In this document: positions 1 through 12,260 of the stretch, piece by piece
Layout: each line of letters opens with the position of its first letter
Numbering within the stretch: position 1 is the first letter of the stretch
Assembly: GCA_002633005.1 (NCBI GenBank)
Contig: NMRA01000837.1
Coordinates: forward strand, 1-64,000
DNA: 64,000 bases
From: Phoronis australis
Lineage: Eukaryota; Animalia; Phoronida
Direction of reading: 5' to 3'
The notes under the pieces: model-generated
The model's input: only the letters and a program-made list of their open reading frames with translations
Database searches by the model: none
Told to the model about the DNA's origin: nothing
Program-made: the position numbers and the translations under genes

Positions 1-499
1 ACCCTGTATATGTTCGTCTGGCGGGTACTCCCCACCACTGAAATTGTCTGGCAGTGACCAATTTTGATACAATGGATTACGTAGCAGGTATCGAAGGTAG
101 TTTTAAGTGGTTACCAGAAAAGTTGATCTAGCTCAATTTTTTAGTGTAATTCTCTTGGCTCCCCTGACCACACCCACCAGAGCGAACCTGCCAGACGGCC
201 ATTTCCAAGCATCAGGATACCCACAGAGCACTGTGGCACCAAAGAAAATTGGTTACCTTTTCATGCCCAAAAAAGCTCTGGGATCCCGGTCTATCACGTT
301 TGAGCTGAAATTTAAACTACAGTTAACTTAACTAAGGGGAAGGCTGAAACCTTACTCTAAGAATATCAATAAATACTGAATTTATTAGGATAGGACCAGA
401 TTGTCACGTAAAATCCACGATATGCGCAGGAGTTGTGGGTGCCACAGTCTTGACTGGCTGCAGTGCAGGAGAGACCGTGGCCATCATGATTGTGTAGAA

Positions 500-652
500 A
501 ATTTCGTAATGACCGAGACTTGAACCTGGGTTGCACGAGCGACAGTCAAGCATCTAAACCGTTCGGCCAAGAGGCAATTGCCACTTGGCAAGCTGCTTAG
601 AGAGGCTTTATCTGAGTGTACGTGTTGTGACAACCGGAAGTCACGCTTCACA
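500..652 (-). mobile_element. tRNA-derived SINE-like repeat, copy 1
   Basis: The minus strand reads TGGCCGAACGG (A-box-like) ... CTGTCGC (anticodon-loop-like) ... GGTTCAAGTC (B-box-like). The same sequence recurs at 833-886 plus 1206-1310. Confidence 0.55.
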
Positions 653-832
653 ACNCGGGCCAGATTCCAATACGGGCCGGAGCAACCCTACGGCTACGGT
701 GGTCAGCAACAACCTAGCGTCCTGGAATTCGACCTCAGCAACGCTCTCTTTTGTGTTCTGAATCCACCAGTACCAGGTCGCAACCTCTCTATCCGGTTCT
801 ATTAATCTCAGGGTTAGTCGTGGATTTTTCCT

Positions 833-1310
833 TAGTCGTGATGACCGGGACTTGAACCCGGGTTGCACGAGCGACAGTCAAGCATCTGTAGTGTCTAGTG
901 ATTCCTCAAAGGTGTCTTACCTTATGATATGATGCTCCTCAGTATTCAGTGGTCGTGCGTTCAATTGTTTTCAGTGGTAGTTCAAGCTCTCCTCCGGTGG
1001 TGCGCCAGCCTTTTGTACCGGCCGCAGAAGGCCGTTGAATATTCATGTAGCGCCCTTATTGCCGTCACCGGCATATGGGCCGGGACGGCCAACATCGGCA
1101 GTCTCCAAGACGAACAGCAGTCGTCTCTCGCTGCTGACAGAGGGCGCGCGCGGCAGAAGGCCAGCGCAGCAGTGAGACAGGTCAAGTGACGTCTCACTAC
1201 ACATCTGATCTAAACCATTCGGCCAAGAGGTAATTGCCGCTTGGCAAGCTGCTTAGAGAGGCTTTATCTGACTGTACGTGTCGTGACAACTGGAATTCAC
1301 GCTTCACAAC
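833..1310 (-). mobile_element. tRNA-derived SINE-like repeat, copy 2, split by a solo LTR
   Basis: Co-linear with 500-652 once the 887-1205 insertion is removed. Confidence 0.55.
887..1201. mobile_element. Solo LTR (probably Ty3/Gypsy)
   Basis: Termini TGTAGTG...CACTACA (7 bp inverted, TG...CA), flanked by a 4 bp target-site duplication CATC (883-886 and 1202-1205). It interrupts a repeat whose uninterrupted copy lies at 500-652. Confidence 0.8.
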
Positions 1311-1704
1311 ATTAGAAAAATTCATTTCGGAAGAGGGGCGCTTGTTGCAGCCTAAGGCGGTTGAAACCTGGTCTCTGAAATGGATGAAATCGGAAGCTAG
1401 GATTCATCAAATTTACGCACTGTGAAGTATCTGTAACCTGCGAAAGACTTTCTATAAAACTGTGGTGCATTGCTATCAAACTTTCCTGTTAATTAAAATT
1501 ACGATCTTTTTTTAAAAATGTGCTGAAATTCCAGGGCGAAAACTTGCCAACTGATGCATCGTTACCTCGCGATCGTTGATAGGGCAACTTGAATTCTTGA
1601 GTAAAAATACAGTTTAAACTCACATTACCTGAAATCCTCCTTAAGTTTTACAAATAACGTCCCTAAGATTTTTTAAGTTCCTGTGGAGTCGGGATTAACT
1701 CAGA

Positions 1705-3078
1705 TTAAGTCCAAATCTGTGTTAGATCGCCACACGAGAAAAATGTGGACGAACACACATGTTGTTTTGAAGTTAGTCTGCAGGTGAGCGCCGAGTGAAC
1801 AAGCACGTGTGTGTCATTGCTTCTTGGCCTCGTGCTCATTAACATAAGTTTCGATGAATTCACGGTTTTTACGTGTACAAAGTAATCTGGATTCCTGTTG
1901 AGGGAGAAGATCTGTAAGGGGAAGATACAATACAATCTCGTTGACAAGTACACTGCGTCTGTTCTGAAAGGCCTGGCCATAGTTTCTCGCAAGATCAGCA
2001 AAACTTTTGCATTATTGTTGAAGCACTGCAGAAGTTTGAAGTGTACAGCCACGGTTAAATACTGACATTCTTCGAGGCTCGTGGTCTAAAAATTCCGTGC
2101 ACAATTATTGATAAATTGAAGACATTACTGTAGAATTTTAAAACTGTAGGTAAGGCATTTTTCGCATATGCACACGTTCATGAACTGGACGCTTATTTTA
2201 GCGAAGTCTGAAAATGAGTGGGGTCGCTTATAGGGGCATGGGCACTTATTAGGACGATTATTATTATTTATAAAATAACTTTGGCTAAAATGACATTGTA
2301 CATTAAAATAAGAAATCAGTTCCAAGAAATATATTTCACTTGCTGTGAGCACATGGACCGTTCTTCCGCCTTCCCCCCTGTTCTTCGTTTGGGACTCGTC
2401 CACAAATTTCTTTGTGCACGATCACACACTATCATCTTTTGTCTAAACATATCGCGTAATGGGTAACATCTACTGAATCGGTAGGATCGCACTGTGTCGA
2501 TGTTTTTACTACAAATGTGATGACATTGACTTACACATATGATTTCGGTATCATTCGATTCCTTAAAGTTTCCAAAAATACACAGAAATTTCTCCTACCC
2601 CGTTCCATTAGGCCTTACAGTATTTTATCGCACTATTTTCTGGTATTCCTCACAGGCGTCCTCAGCTTCTGATCATCCCCAATACGCTTCATATAATACA
2701 AGGTATGACACTTTCGACAAGGATATCCACGGCTGCTTCATTTCAGCCGTCCATACCAAACACAAAACTCATACAAAACAGGGTTTCAGAAAACCATTTG
2801 CAATCATTCTTTCTTCTAATGCCATTCACAATGACCTGTTCCAGTGAGTTCGCATCAAATTTGCGGTCAAAGAAAAAAAATCCCAAAAAGCTCATACATA
2901 CTTCTCACTTTGACGGTTTGTGGTCAGGGACGGGACAGAAATTGCTCATTTGTCACGAAAAGTCACGTTATCGATATCTTCATAACCTTCTGTCATGAAC
3001 CAGCAATTTCTGTCCATCGGTAATTCCGTACTGACCATCACCATTATCACTTACATGGGCGTGCGTCAGAACCATCTA
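1705..3078 (-). pseudogene. Possible decayed NXPE/PC-esterase-like gene
   Basis: Scattered minus-strand peptides in the expected order: AHVSDNGDGQYGI (Ig/filamin-like DxGDGxY), KMIVCDRAQRNLW (TGT GAT CGT, one base each from GDS) and RSNDTH. Many stops and frameshifts. Confidence 0.3.
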
Positions 3079-4284
3079 CGGCATGGTTCAAAGAATAATT
3101 TTGTACATGTTTAGGACGAGTTCTAATTTAAAAAACAATTAATTAAAATGCATTTTTATGACAGTGATTAGTACTGTTTTAAACTTTATTTCACATTTTA
3201 TATTTTAAAAGTCACATTTACTTATTGGTTTTGAATTCGTATTCTGTTCAACGCATAAATACAGGTTTTCCTGATAACTAATAGCTGTCAAATACAAAAT
3301 GATTATCGCTGCCATTCCCATCTATGTTACTTACCATCTGCAAAGGGAAGTGAAGATTTTAGTTGGTTGTTTTATATCTATAATCAAATGTATTGAAAAG
3401 TTAAAATCCTGGAGTATATTCCTAGCATATACCTACCTGTGACGATTTCATGCAAAAGGTCTTTCGGTACATTTTTATCAAAAAAACATTGAATTAGTAG
3501 AAAAAGACCAATATAGATTATTAATAAATACTGTAAAAGTTTCAATCATTCAGAATTGATATCTTAGTCACAACAAACAATTTAATGCTAGAAATTCAGA
3601 GCGTACATCCATCACACTAACTCTACTTATATCGAGGCACTCTCTGACAAAAATATCTTAAAAGATATCGTCAAAACATTAGTGTGTTGTACTTTGCAAA
3701 CATTTCACTAAATCATGTCATGTAAAACAAAAATTTGTAACTTAATGCAACTCACAGAAAATGAACATTGTTTTTTTAAATTCAAATTCTCTGCATACAT
3801 CCGTCACAACCCTTTAAAGGCAATTTTCTTGGTCAGATTGAAAGACGGGAAAAGTTGATAAACTCTTTGAAAGCTATCAATGAGACCCATCAATTGATGT
3901 ATTAATTATTTTCCTAGGGTGAACTTTTTTTCACAATTGATCAAAATGTTCTCTGATTGTAGGTCCGTCACAAATGGAATTGCCCAATTATAACTCCATG
4001 TGCAATGCATGTTTCATTTTGATTTTATTTCCTGTATTTTGAAATTTGTAACTTTTTGTGTGGATGTACATGTACTACCACCCCTGAATGTCTGCGGCAT
4101 CCAGGGCGATGTAATTGCCTAATAAAGTATTTGTTGTAGATGTGCTTCCGGTGTTAGCCACTCGCTAACGGGCAATTGCCTATTAATTGATTGGTTAGCA
4201 GGCTTGCCAGTTTTATGGGGGTGTTGCTGGTTCGATTACCGCGACGGGTAATCTCGGCTTTTACTACAATATACAAGAGTTGTC

Positions 4285-4356
4285 CAACATGGCTGCTGAG
4301 CAGGCGAGTTTTCACTGATCAAAACTAGCGTTACAGTTGAAATACTCTTCAAGTCG
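4285..4356 (+). promoter_or_regulatory. Probable promoter / non-coding first exon of the FDXACB1-like gene, with YY1/TISU-like motif
   Basis: CAACATGGCTGC at 4285-4296 in a CpG-enriched patch, a reverse CCAAT (ATTGG) near 4190, and a donor-like G|GTAATT after 4356. Confidence 0.4.
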
Positions 4357-4554
4357 GTAATTACAAGAACCAGTGCTTGACTTGAAATGGGAAAGAACTG
4401 AAACGAAAGAAATGAACATCAGAAGCTATGCGGATGAAAAGTTGGAACTAAACGGCGTGTGCTTACTAATGGCTGATTCCCCATTCAACTCTTACTCTAG
4501 GAGGAAATAATTAGCTGCAGAGCACATCGTTGGTTCAGGTACCATGGCCGGTAT

Positions 4555-4852
4555 CAGTGGCGGATTTAGCGGGGGCCAAGGGGGCCATGGCCCCCCTAAA
4601 ATCCTACTAGATACCATTTGGCCATTCGGGTGCGTGCATCCAGGGGTGCTCGGGAGGGGGGGGGCGATTAAACAATGCATAGGCCTTGAACAAACCCTGT
4701 TTACTGTTTCTTTTTTAGTAATAAGGTCTGCAAACCCACAGAATGGAGACCCCTGTATCCCTATATTTTAGGCTGGGCGTGCGCATGTACCGAAATTCTG
4801 GTTATTCCTGTTCCCTGGCCCCACCTAACTCAAAATCCTGGATTCGTCCCTG
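4555..4852. mobile_element. Non-autonomous DNA transposon (MITE), CAG...CTG termini, 5 bp TSD
   Basis: Termini CAGTGGCGGATT ... GGATTCGTCCCTG with GGTAT duplicated on both sides. A related copy at 22960-23117 also has a 5 bp TSD. Confidence 0.7.
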
Positions 4853-5601
4853 GGTATTGGCAACGCGTAGCCCCTTGACAGGCTGGCAAGCACCTTCAAC
4901 GCTACCCATCAGGCATCTGTCGGGTACAAATTCTATCCACATGTATTTTAAACTCGTGGTAGTCTAAATCCGGTCATGGATTAAGAGGCTTTCTCCTCAT
5001 CAAAAAATGATTTTACAATTATTTGTCACTTAAATAGCAATTAATTACTTTAGTGATTCTTTCTGGTTCTATACATATCCTCAGTGAAACCTGTTTATGA
5101 GAATGAAGATGAGTTTGGTCAGTTGGTGTCACACGAGCTATTCCACAACAAGAGACTTTGTGGAGCGCATGGCCTGATGGCTGACACTTGCAAAAAGTAG
5201 AATGGAAGGATATCTCGAAGACTTTGTAAGACTGGTGTTCCTTGGTCTTTTTGTTTGTGAACTGGCTTGATTTCATGTAACTTCCTAGTGGCTTAGGATT
5301 TTTGTCAGATTGCCAACCATAACCTGAGGTTGCATTGGCGACTTGCATGTCATCAAATCAAGCAATGCAATCTAATGAAATGTGAGGCATTTTAAATATG
5401 GATCAAAATTTTAGTAACGTTAAACTAAGAACCAACATTATACAGTTATTTAGCTCTTGAAAGAGCCATTCTTGCCAATCTTTTTCTTACAAAAATCTGG
5501 GGCACTTAGAAGCTCGCTTGTGATAAACTACCGTTTCATGGTATTTCCTAAAATCTATTGTACATACAAAGTTCTGCAGTTTTGAGTTTTATTTTGTAGA
5601 G

Positions 5602-6988
5602 ATGGTGACGATGGCATTGAAGGGTCACCTCCAACATGGTGGAGTTCTTCTTCTAGGAGAAGGAGATTTCTCATTCACTCGCTCTCTCGTAGAGTGTGTT
5701 GACAACAATCAGATTGTAACAACCAGCTTTCAAAGTGAAGATTGTGTTGCCAGTCATCACAAGTCAGCTTTGGAAAACATAGAATACATTAAGAGTAAAG
5801 GTAGAATAATAATAATAATAATTGTTTACTTGTGTTTGTTGTTGTGTCTTGCAATATATACACAAAAATTGTTATAACGAGAAATAGCAATGTAAAACTA
5901 TTCCTGAACATGATTGGGCAATAAAGGGTCACGTGCTTTGAGGACAGTTTTCTCCATTGCATAACAAGTATCAAAATGGTTTTTGAAATTCGGGAATGCT
6001 GTAATTGAATATTGCCTGTGATTATTTGACAAGATTAATCCAACAAGACCTGCTCCAAACTGGCCAATTCCCACTTATTCCAAAAATTGCATGCTGAAGA
6101 CACTGCATATTTGAAGTATGTTTAGTTGGGTTCACTGTGCAGACCATATATGGGCCATGTGAATAATGCAAGTCTTATATTGTGTAGCTTAGCCAAGTAA
6201 CTTTTTACTGATAGTGCTGTTACAAGTCATATGAAAGACGACTGTCTTAAAAGTTTGACCTGTGCCATGCACATCCCAGTAATTCTACCCTGTGTTGTGT
6301 GAGCATTAGGAACATGGACTGTATAGACCTGTCTTCACACTCGGATTATTCATATACAACTTTTTGAACTAAAATAACGGTCTACAACATGTTTATTGAG
6401 CATGACTGATTATACACAGACTTTTGTTCAATTGAGGAGGTCCTTGACCAATCAGTGGGTGTTATTTTTTACTTGAGAGTTCAGACTTAGTGGAATGGTG
6501 TGGATGGATTGCATAACTTATTCAGCAATACCCTCACTGAGGCAGTTTGTGAATGCTCCTACTCAGCAATGTAACATTCCTCCCAGAGTATCGTCAATTT
6601 TGCACAGTCATATACGGCTTATTGTAGTGTACATAGACAGTGGTTCATATATTGTATACAAAGTAACTTAGTTTTTCATTGCTTTATTACTGGCTTGTTC
6701 AAGGAAATGAAAGAATAATGTAAATTACCTACTAATCAAAGACATAGTTTACTAAGCAAATGATTTTATAAATATAATTTGCCCTTGATTATGTGTAGTA
6801 GACTATGCAAGTTCACTATAATTTTCTGTAGGTGTCACTGTGTTGTTTAACGTCGATGCTACCAAAATTCACCAGATGGATACACTGTGTATGCACCCTT
6901 GGCATTGTGTGGTGTTCAATTTCCCTCACGTTGGAGGCAAGTCAAATATTAAGAAGAACAAAAAGCTCCTGAAAGACTTCTTCTCAAG
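5602..6988 (+). CDS. FDXACB1: FDXACB1-like protein (DUF2431/BMT5-type methyltransferase-like N-terminal domain); partial, first two coding exons
   Basis: Exons 5602-5800 and 6832-6988, GT-AG and phase-compatible. They encode VLLLGEGDFSFTRSL...VLFNVDATK...VVFNFPHVGGKSNIKKNKKLLKDFF, the DUF2431 signature motifs. Downstream exons were not found (assembly gap follows). Confidence 0.85.
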
Positions 6989-7050
6989 GTATGGAAAATA
7001 AAGATTAGGCTTAGGTGGACATGCACATTACAAACTTGCTGCATTTTAGG

Positions 7051-7133
7051 TGGACATGCTCATTACAAACTCGGCTCATCTGGACATGCTCATTACAAAC
7101 TCGGCTCATCTGGACATGCTCATTACAAACTCA
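7051..7133. repeat. 30 bp minisatellite, about 3 copies
   Basis: TGGACATGCTCATTACAAACTCGGCTCATC repeated in tandem. Confidence 0.85.
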
Positions 7134-7269
7134 GCCTGTCTTAGGTGGCAAATGCTCATTAGAATCTCAGTCCTTGTTATGTGAACATGTTCATGGCACA
7201 TTGTACTTCATCCACAGAGTTGTACAAGAACTGCGGTCGTTATTAATTCTCCTGATCCACTCACAGCTT

Positions 7270-7497
7270 NNNNNNNNNNNNNNNNNNNNNNNNNNNNNNN
7301 NNNNNNNNNNNNNNNNNNNNNNNNNNNNNNNNNNNNNNNNNNNNNNNNNNNNNNNNNNNNNNNNNNNNNNNNNNNNNNNNNNNNNNNNNNNNNNNNNNNN
7401 NNNNNNNNNNNNNNNNNNNNNNNNNNNNNNNNNNNNNNNNNNNNNNNNNNNNNNNNNNNNNNNNNNNNNNNNNNNNNNNNNNNNNNNNNNNNNNNNN
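7270..7497. other. Assembly gap (N run)
   Basis: Run of N. ORFs spanning it are artefacts. Confidence 0.99.
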
Positions 7498-8445
7498 ATG
7501 CAATTACTTCTGCCCTGCCCAACTTTTGCAGCCACACAGCCCTTAAAGCGGGGCAGTTTGCCATAGAACAAGTCCACCCTCCTTGATAATGTATAGTAAG
7601 TTGTCATAAGTGGGGTAAGTTAAATAGCGTCCAGTCAGCACTCAAACCTAGCGACAACTCATTCTAGGAGTAACTTGTTCTAGGGTAAGCCAGTGCGTGG
7701 ATGAAACTAAGTTGGTTTTGTGTGGAGAAGAGTGATTATCACATTATCAATGATTTTACAGTCGTGCTGAAACAGTGCATCAAATAAGCTACAGTACGGT
7801 ACAAATCATGTACATTGAAACTAGTAATTTTGTGAACTGTTTGTCTTCAGAAATTGAAGTTCTTATTAAAACTCAAGTTAGGCTGATTTTTTTATTAATT
7901 AATATTCAAGTTAGGCTGGTTTTTCTGAATAGCAATGAAATTTAATTCAATTTGTTGACCAATACTGTACCATTCCTGTGTTTATTGGGCTACTGTATAG
8001 TTGGCATGTGAGTTGATGATACACAAAAACTGCAGGAACCACTTAACAATGCACTAAATTGCTTTCTGAAACTGAATGACAGACATAATATTGTAATATG
8101 CAGCTGTTTTAAAAGTAATAGCTAGATCAGAATTATGTGCAGATTACTCAATTGAAAGACTGCTGCTTAATTTTCAATTTTCTCTCAGGCACTTTCTTGG
8201 CTAAATGCAAAAGGCAATTGCTTTGACTTGTTTATTCTTCAGTATCTAATGGTTGTAAACTGATGACTTTATGAACAGTTTTGTCATCGGTACGTGGTTA
8301 TGGTTTGAGTGCTGAGTTTACTGTCGAAAGTTGTCAAAATGTCTTGATTCAGTCATTGCAAAGTAGTTAGTGTAGTACTTTCCCCCACCTGTGCATTCAC
8401 TTTAAACATTCAGACTATCTTTCTGTCGTAAGAATCGGTAATTAA

Positions 8446-8834
8446 GGTTACGTGAGATCCTAGAAAAATTTCGAACTTGAGAATGATATATCTCAGATGA
8501 CTGATCATATTCAAATGAAACTTTCAGATACTGTGCCATGTACTAATTTGCTTTTAGAGTCCTTCATTTTAGCATGAGCTCAAAAATTGTATAGAACAAA
8601 AACAAAAGGATAATTTAGAAAACACAGTATTTATATAGAGAAATTTGGTAAATTTTTTGATACCATTGTTTTGCTATGAATGTTATAATTAAGTGATGCA
8701 ATAAAGAGCAATTTGGTATTAAGTAAAAATCAAATTTTATTGGCTTTCTACTTGTATATTTTCATATAGCATAGTTAAAAACTATTGTTTTCTACGTAAA
8801 ATGCTTCGACTCACGGATGAGGTCAAACATAACC
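8446..8834. mobile_element. MITE with TTAA target duplication (Kolobok/piggyBac-type target)
   Basis: TTAA-GGTTA...TAACC-TTAA. Internal segments resemble 55250-55430. Confidence 0.55.
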
Positions 8835-9205
8835 TTAAATCCACATTGCTGTGTTGTGTCTTACCCCGACCACGTTAGTCTAATATACACTAGAACTATA
8901 AGACAGCTTACCTAACTGGTTATGGAAAAGTCTCTAGAGTCGATAGTAGATATGCGTTGGAGTCTTTTCAGAGTTCGGCTTGTCTCTCTCGAGTTTCAAG
9001 TGCGAAGAACGAGTGAACCACGAGGTTGTGACGTCATCGTTACATCATGTTACCCAGCAGGTTCCATCTATTCTCCAATCCCAGCCAAGATAACAGAGAA
9101 GCCCGCGAACCTGACTATCCAATCAAACCTCACGTAACATATGCACTGGCTCACTACATTAGTTAGTGTTCTGCAGAGCTAGAAGGAGGTGTCGGAAGAC
9201 TAAGA

Positions 9206-9519
9206 GAGAAGACGAAAGATAAAAAATGCAGGTGAGCGCCGGCCCTAATGAGTTAGCCTATAAGGGGCCTGACTGAACTTTTAGCGGAGGTTCACAACAA
9301 AGGACGTAGACGTGACCGAAGAGAGTTGTGTATACAGCAGTGAGAAGACAAAAGCTAAGAATGCAGGTGAGCGCCGGCCCTAATGAGTTAGCCCATAAGG
9401 GGCCTGAGTGAACTCTGAAGCAAAGGTTCACGACATAAGTGAAGCTAAAATGCAGGTGAGCGCTTGGCCCTTATGAGCTAGCCTATAAGGGGCCCGTTTG
9501 AACACTTGTAAGAGTTCAC
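9206..9519. repeat. Three ~90 bp repeats, each with two hairpins, separated by unequal spacers
   Basis: AATGCAGGTGAGCG..GGCCCT..ATAAGGGGCC..TGAAC..GTTCAC at about 9206-9294, 9343-9431 and 9443-9519. Confidence 0.75.
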
Positions 9520-9746
9520 TACAAAAGTGGGACCGCTACGTCCGACTAGTGCCATATACTAGAGTAATGTGGTCAAGACAGCACACAACATTTTGTGGCA
9601 GCGGTGGGATTCCGCTCCCAGGGCACACAACTGTCACAACATTTTGGTGGCAGCAGATGGGATTCCGTTCCCAGGTCACACAACAGTATGCACCTGTGCG
9701 ATGAAAATCCAGCTACTACCTCTTGCAGAAATGTTTTGCTACTCAC

Positions 9747-9827
9747 CCTGATTTTTCCAAGAACACCATTTGCCTCTAACGTTTGAGCAACGAGGTCTCT
9801 CAACTCGGTGTCCTCGTCGGCAGACAT
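9747..9827 (-). CDS. FGFR1OP: FGFR1 oncogene partner / centrosomal protein 43, first coding exon only
   Basis: MSADEDTELRDLVAQTLEANGVLGKIR followed by a GTGAGT donor. This matches the conserved FOP N-terminus (EEDTELRDLLVQTLENSGVLNRIK). Later exons were not seen. Confidence 0.85.
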
Positions 9828-9829
9828 TT

Positions 9830-11115
9830 TGAAATATTCAAAGTGTACCATTCCTGCGCATGCGTGAATTAACACGCTTCATTTTAAACTTTTAAAACAA
9901 ATTAGTATAAACCAGAAAATTTAATCATTCAATAACTTTTTAAAAATTTATTTTGAGTTGTATGGAGTCATCTTTTGCACACTATATTATAATGATGTTT
10001 TGGCATGTTACTATGAGATGCCCAATGAGAAAACGATGTTAATTTAGGTTAGCCAATCAGGATCGTTATTTGCAGACCTTTAAATCCCACACTTTTTGAA
10101 CTTCAGTTTCTCGAAAATCATTGTGAAAGGTGGGTGCATTTTATTTATCCGTCAAATTTTACGAACAAAAACAGCGTTTAGCATTCATAATTCAACATGT
10201 CACATAGTGCGAGTATGCAAAGCCAGTATCTCAGTGTCGAAATTCGAACAATTTATTCTCGTGTGACAGAGTTGCGACTTGCACATTCGGACATATGACT
10301 TTTATGGCCTGGGTAAAGTATACTCGGGAACCCAATGGTCGTCCGCCTAAGCATAAAACCGACTTGCTGTTGTACTCACCGAATTATTCCACTTCAAAGT
10401 TATGATCTGAAATTCGATTTAACTCTCACAGGTATACCGCATTCATCGATTCGGAAGTTTTCTTTAATTTGTGCCGAGTTATTTCAAATGTGCACTGCCT
10501 TCGGCAGCCATTTTATTGTGACACCTAAGTTCGTCATATGCTGCCCCCTTTTGTAAAAACTGAGAAACATGCAGAAAAAGGCCAAAGAAGTAATGAAAAT
10601 TGCAACAGCCTGTTTTTATTGACATAAACTCGATTTGAAGCTTTGATGTTGAGCTCTGCACTGTGGTTTCCAATAAAAGCCAATTGGACAACATTTCAAT
10701 GCAGTTTAATGGTGAATGCGTGAGGCAAAAATGTTAAGAACCCAGCGTATCGCATTTGTCTGCGGATTTTTCCTTTGGCCTTCTAGATCCTACTAGTGCC
10801 TGGGACAAACAGATACATTGCATAAACAAACCCTGGATCATGTTTTGTGTCCCGTCGGAAGAAAATTTAAATTCGAAAACATCTTCTGAAAACGCACAAA
10901 AAAGTGTATTAGTAAAATCTACTGATTTTTAAGTGGTTTTAAAAAACAATCGGTAAACTCACCGATTTTTGTCTCATTACTTTGATACGTGTCTCTTCCG
11001 ATAAGTTAGTACCTAACTTGCAGACGAGCACTCCAAATTGGAACGCTAAGTCCCGCGTGGTTGCGCTGCACGCGAAACAAGATGGCGGACGACCTTTGGA
11101 GCCTGACGACAATAG
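9830..11115. promoter_or_regulatory. Probable bidirectional promoter (FGFR1OP / importin-alpha), including the importin non-coding first exon
   Basis: NRF1-type TGCGCATGCG at about 9855, CCAAT (AGCCAATCAG) at 10051, YY1/TISU-like CAAGATGGCGGA at 11078-11089, and a donor AG|GTAACC after 11115. Confidence 0.55.
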
Positions 11116-11841
11116 GTAACCGGACTATAATACTCCTATTTCTTTGTATAATATTTTAAGATATAACTTAGGTGAGATAGAATACTGCCACTGACACTTA
11201 AACAGAATTATTTGCTCACCTGATATTTTAGGATTTGTTTATATAGATTTTTGCTTTCTGTTTATATCAACCCATTTTGTTAATTTAGTTTCTAATTAAA
11301 AAAAAAAAACGCTGGCCTCTGGCTCTTCAACTCAAGGCAAAGCAGCTCTTCTTATTTGGTATGGCAAGACAATAACGACATAGAGGATAACCACTGTTAC
11401 TGGCCATTTTTATTCTACACTTGGCAGGTGGTTTGACGTCATATTCCCTGGTGTGCGATGTGTAAAAATGGCCAGTTACTGATTTTCAGGGAACTTAAAG
11501 TGAACTTCTATGTGCATAAAATATTTTATAACAACGCGAATTTGATGTTTTAGTCTGTGTGAGACCTGTAATTCACCGAAAAGCTTCTGGCATATTAAGT
11601 GCTTATAGGAGCTATGCCGTCTTGAGCCAGCTAGAGACTTATGGTTGTCTAGGCAAGACATACAGGGCTACGTGCGCGAAATATGATTTGTCTTTCACTC
11701 GTTGTTGCAAACGTAAACTGTAGGCCTGCCCCAGCGATTCAAGTGTGTGAACTCACGCGTACGCACCACTTCAAAGAACAGCGACAGTCCTAAATGGCTC
11801 TGGTTTATTTGAAAATGAACTCAAGATTCCCAGCGGTTATA

Positions 11842-12260
11842 ACCCAGATAGCATGCTGTCTGTGGTCCAACGTCGGTCCGACGACTCGCGTTACGTCGGG
11901 CCAACGTTGGTGTCTGACGTCGGACCAACGTGATTTTGTCCATCGGATGAACGTTGTAACAACGTCGTAAGAACGTCGAAGTCGGGCCGCCGATGACCCG
12001 ACGTTGGTCCGACTGCCGACTAATAACCGACGACGGTACGACCTGGGCCCGACGGCGGAAATACGACCCTTTACCGACGTCGCGCCAATTCAATTCTGAC
12101 CACTTATCAACGTCCGGCCACCCTGCAAGCGATTGGTTACCGACGTCGGACCAACGTAGAGGCGGCTGTTCGCCAACGTTGCACCGACTTAGAGGTGACC
12201 GTTTGCCAACGTCGCACCAACTTAGAGGCGAACGTTTGCCAACGTCGCACCGACCTTCAA
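11842..12260. mobile_element. CpG-rich repeat of iterated CCAACGTCGG/CCGACGTCGG motifs, probably the end of a non-autonomous DNA transposon
   Basis: Starts CCCAGATAGCA and contains many short palindromic subterminal-like motifs. ORFs over it are low-information. Confidence 0.5.

Noticed and set aside
500-570. Functional tRNA-Asp gene
   Set aside because: A/B-box-like motifs are present, but I could not fold a full cloverleaf, and the sequence is part of a longer repeated unit.
5130-5240. Possible integrase YHPQTNGxVER relic
   Set aside because: Only one weak, frameshifted motif.
9206-9519. CRISPR-like repeat-spacer array
   Set aside because: Eukaryotic context, only three long degenerate repeats, very unequal spacers and no cas genes.
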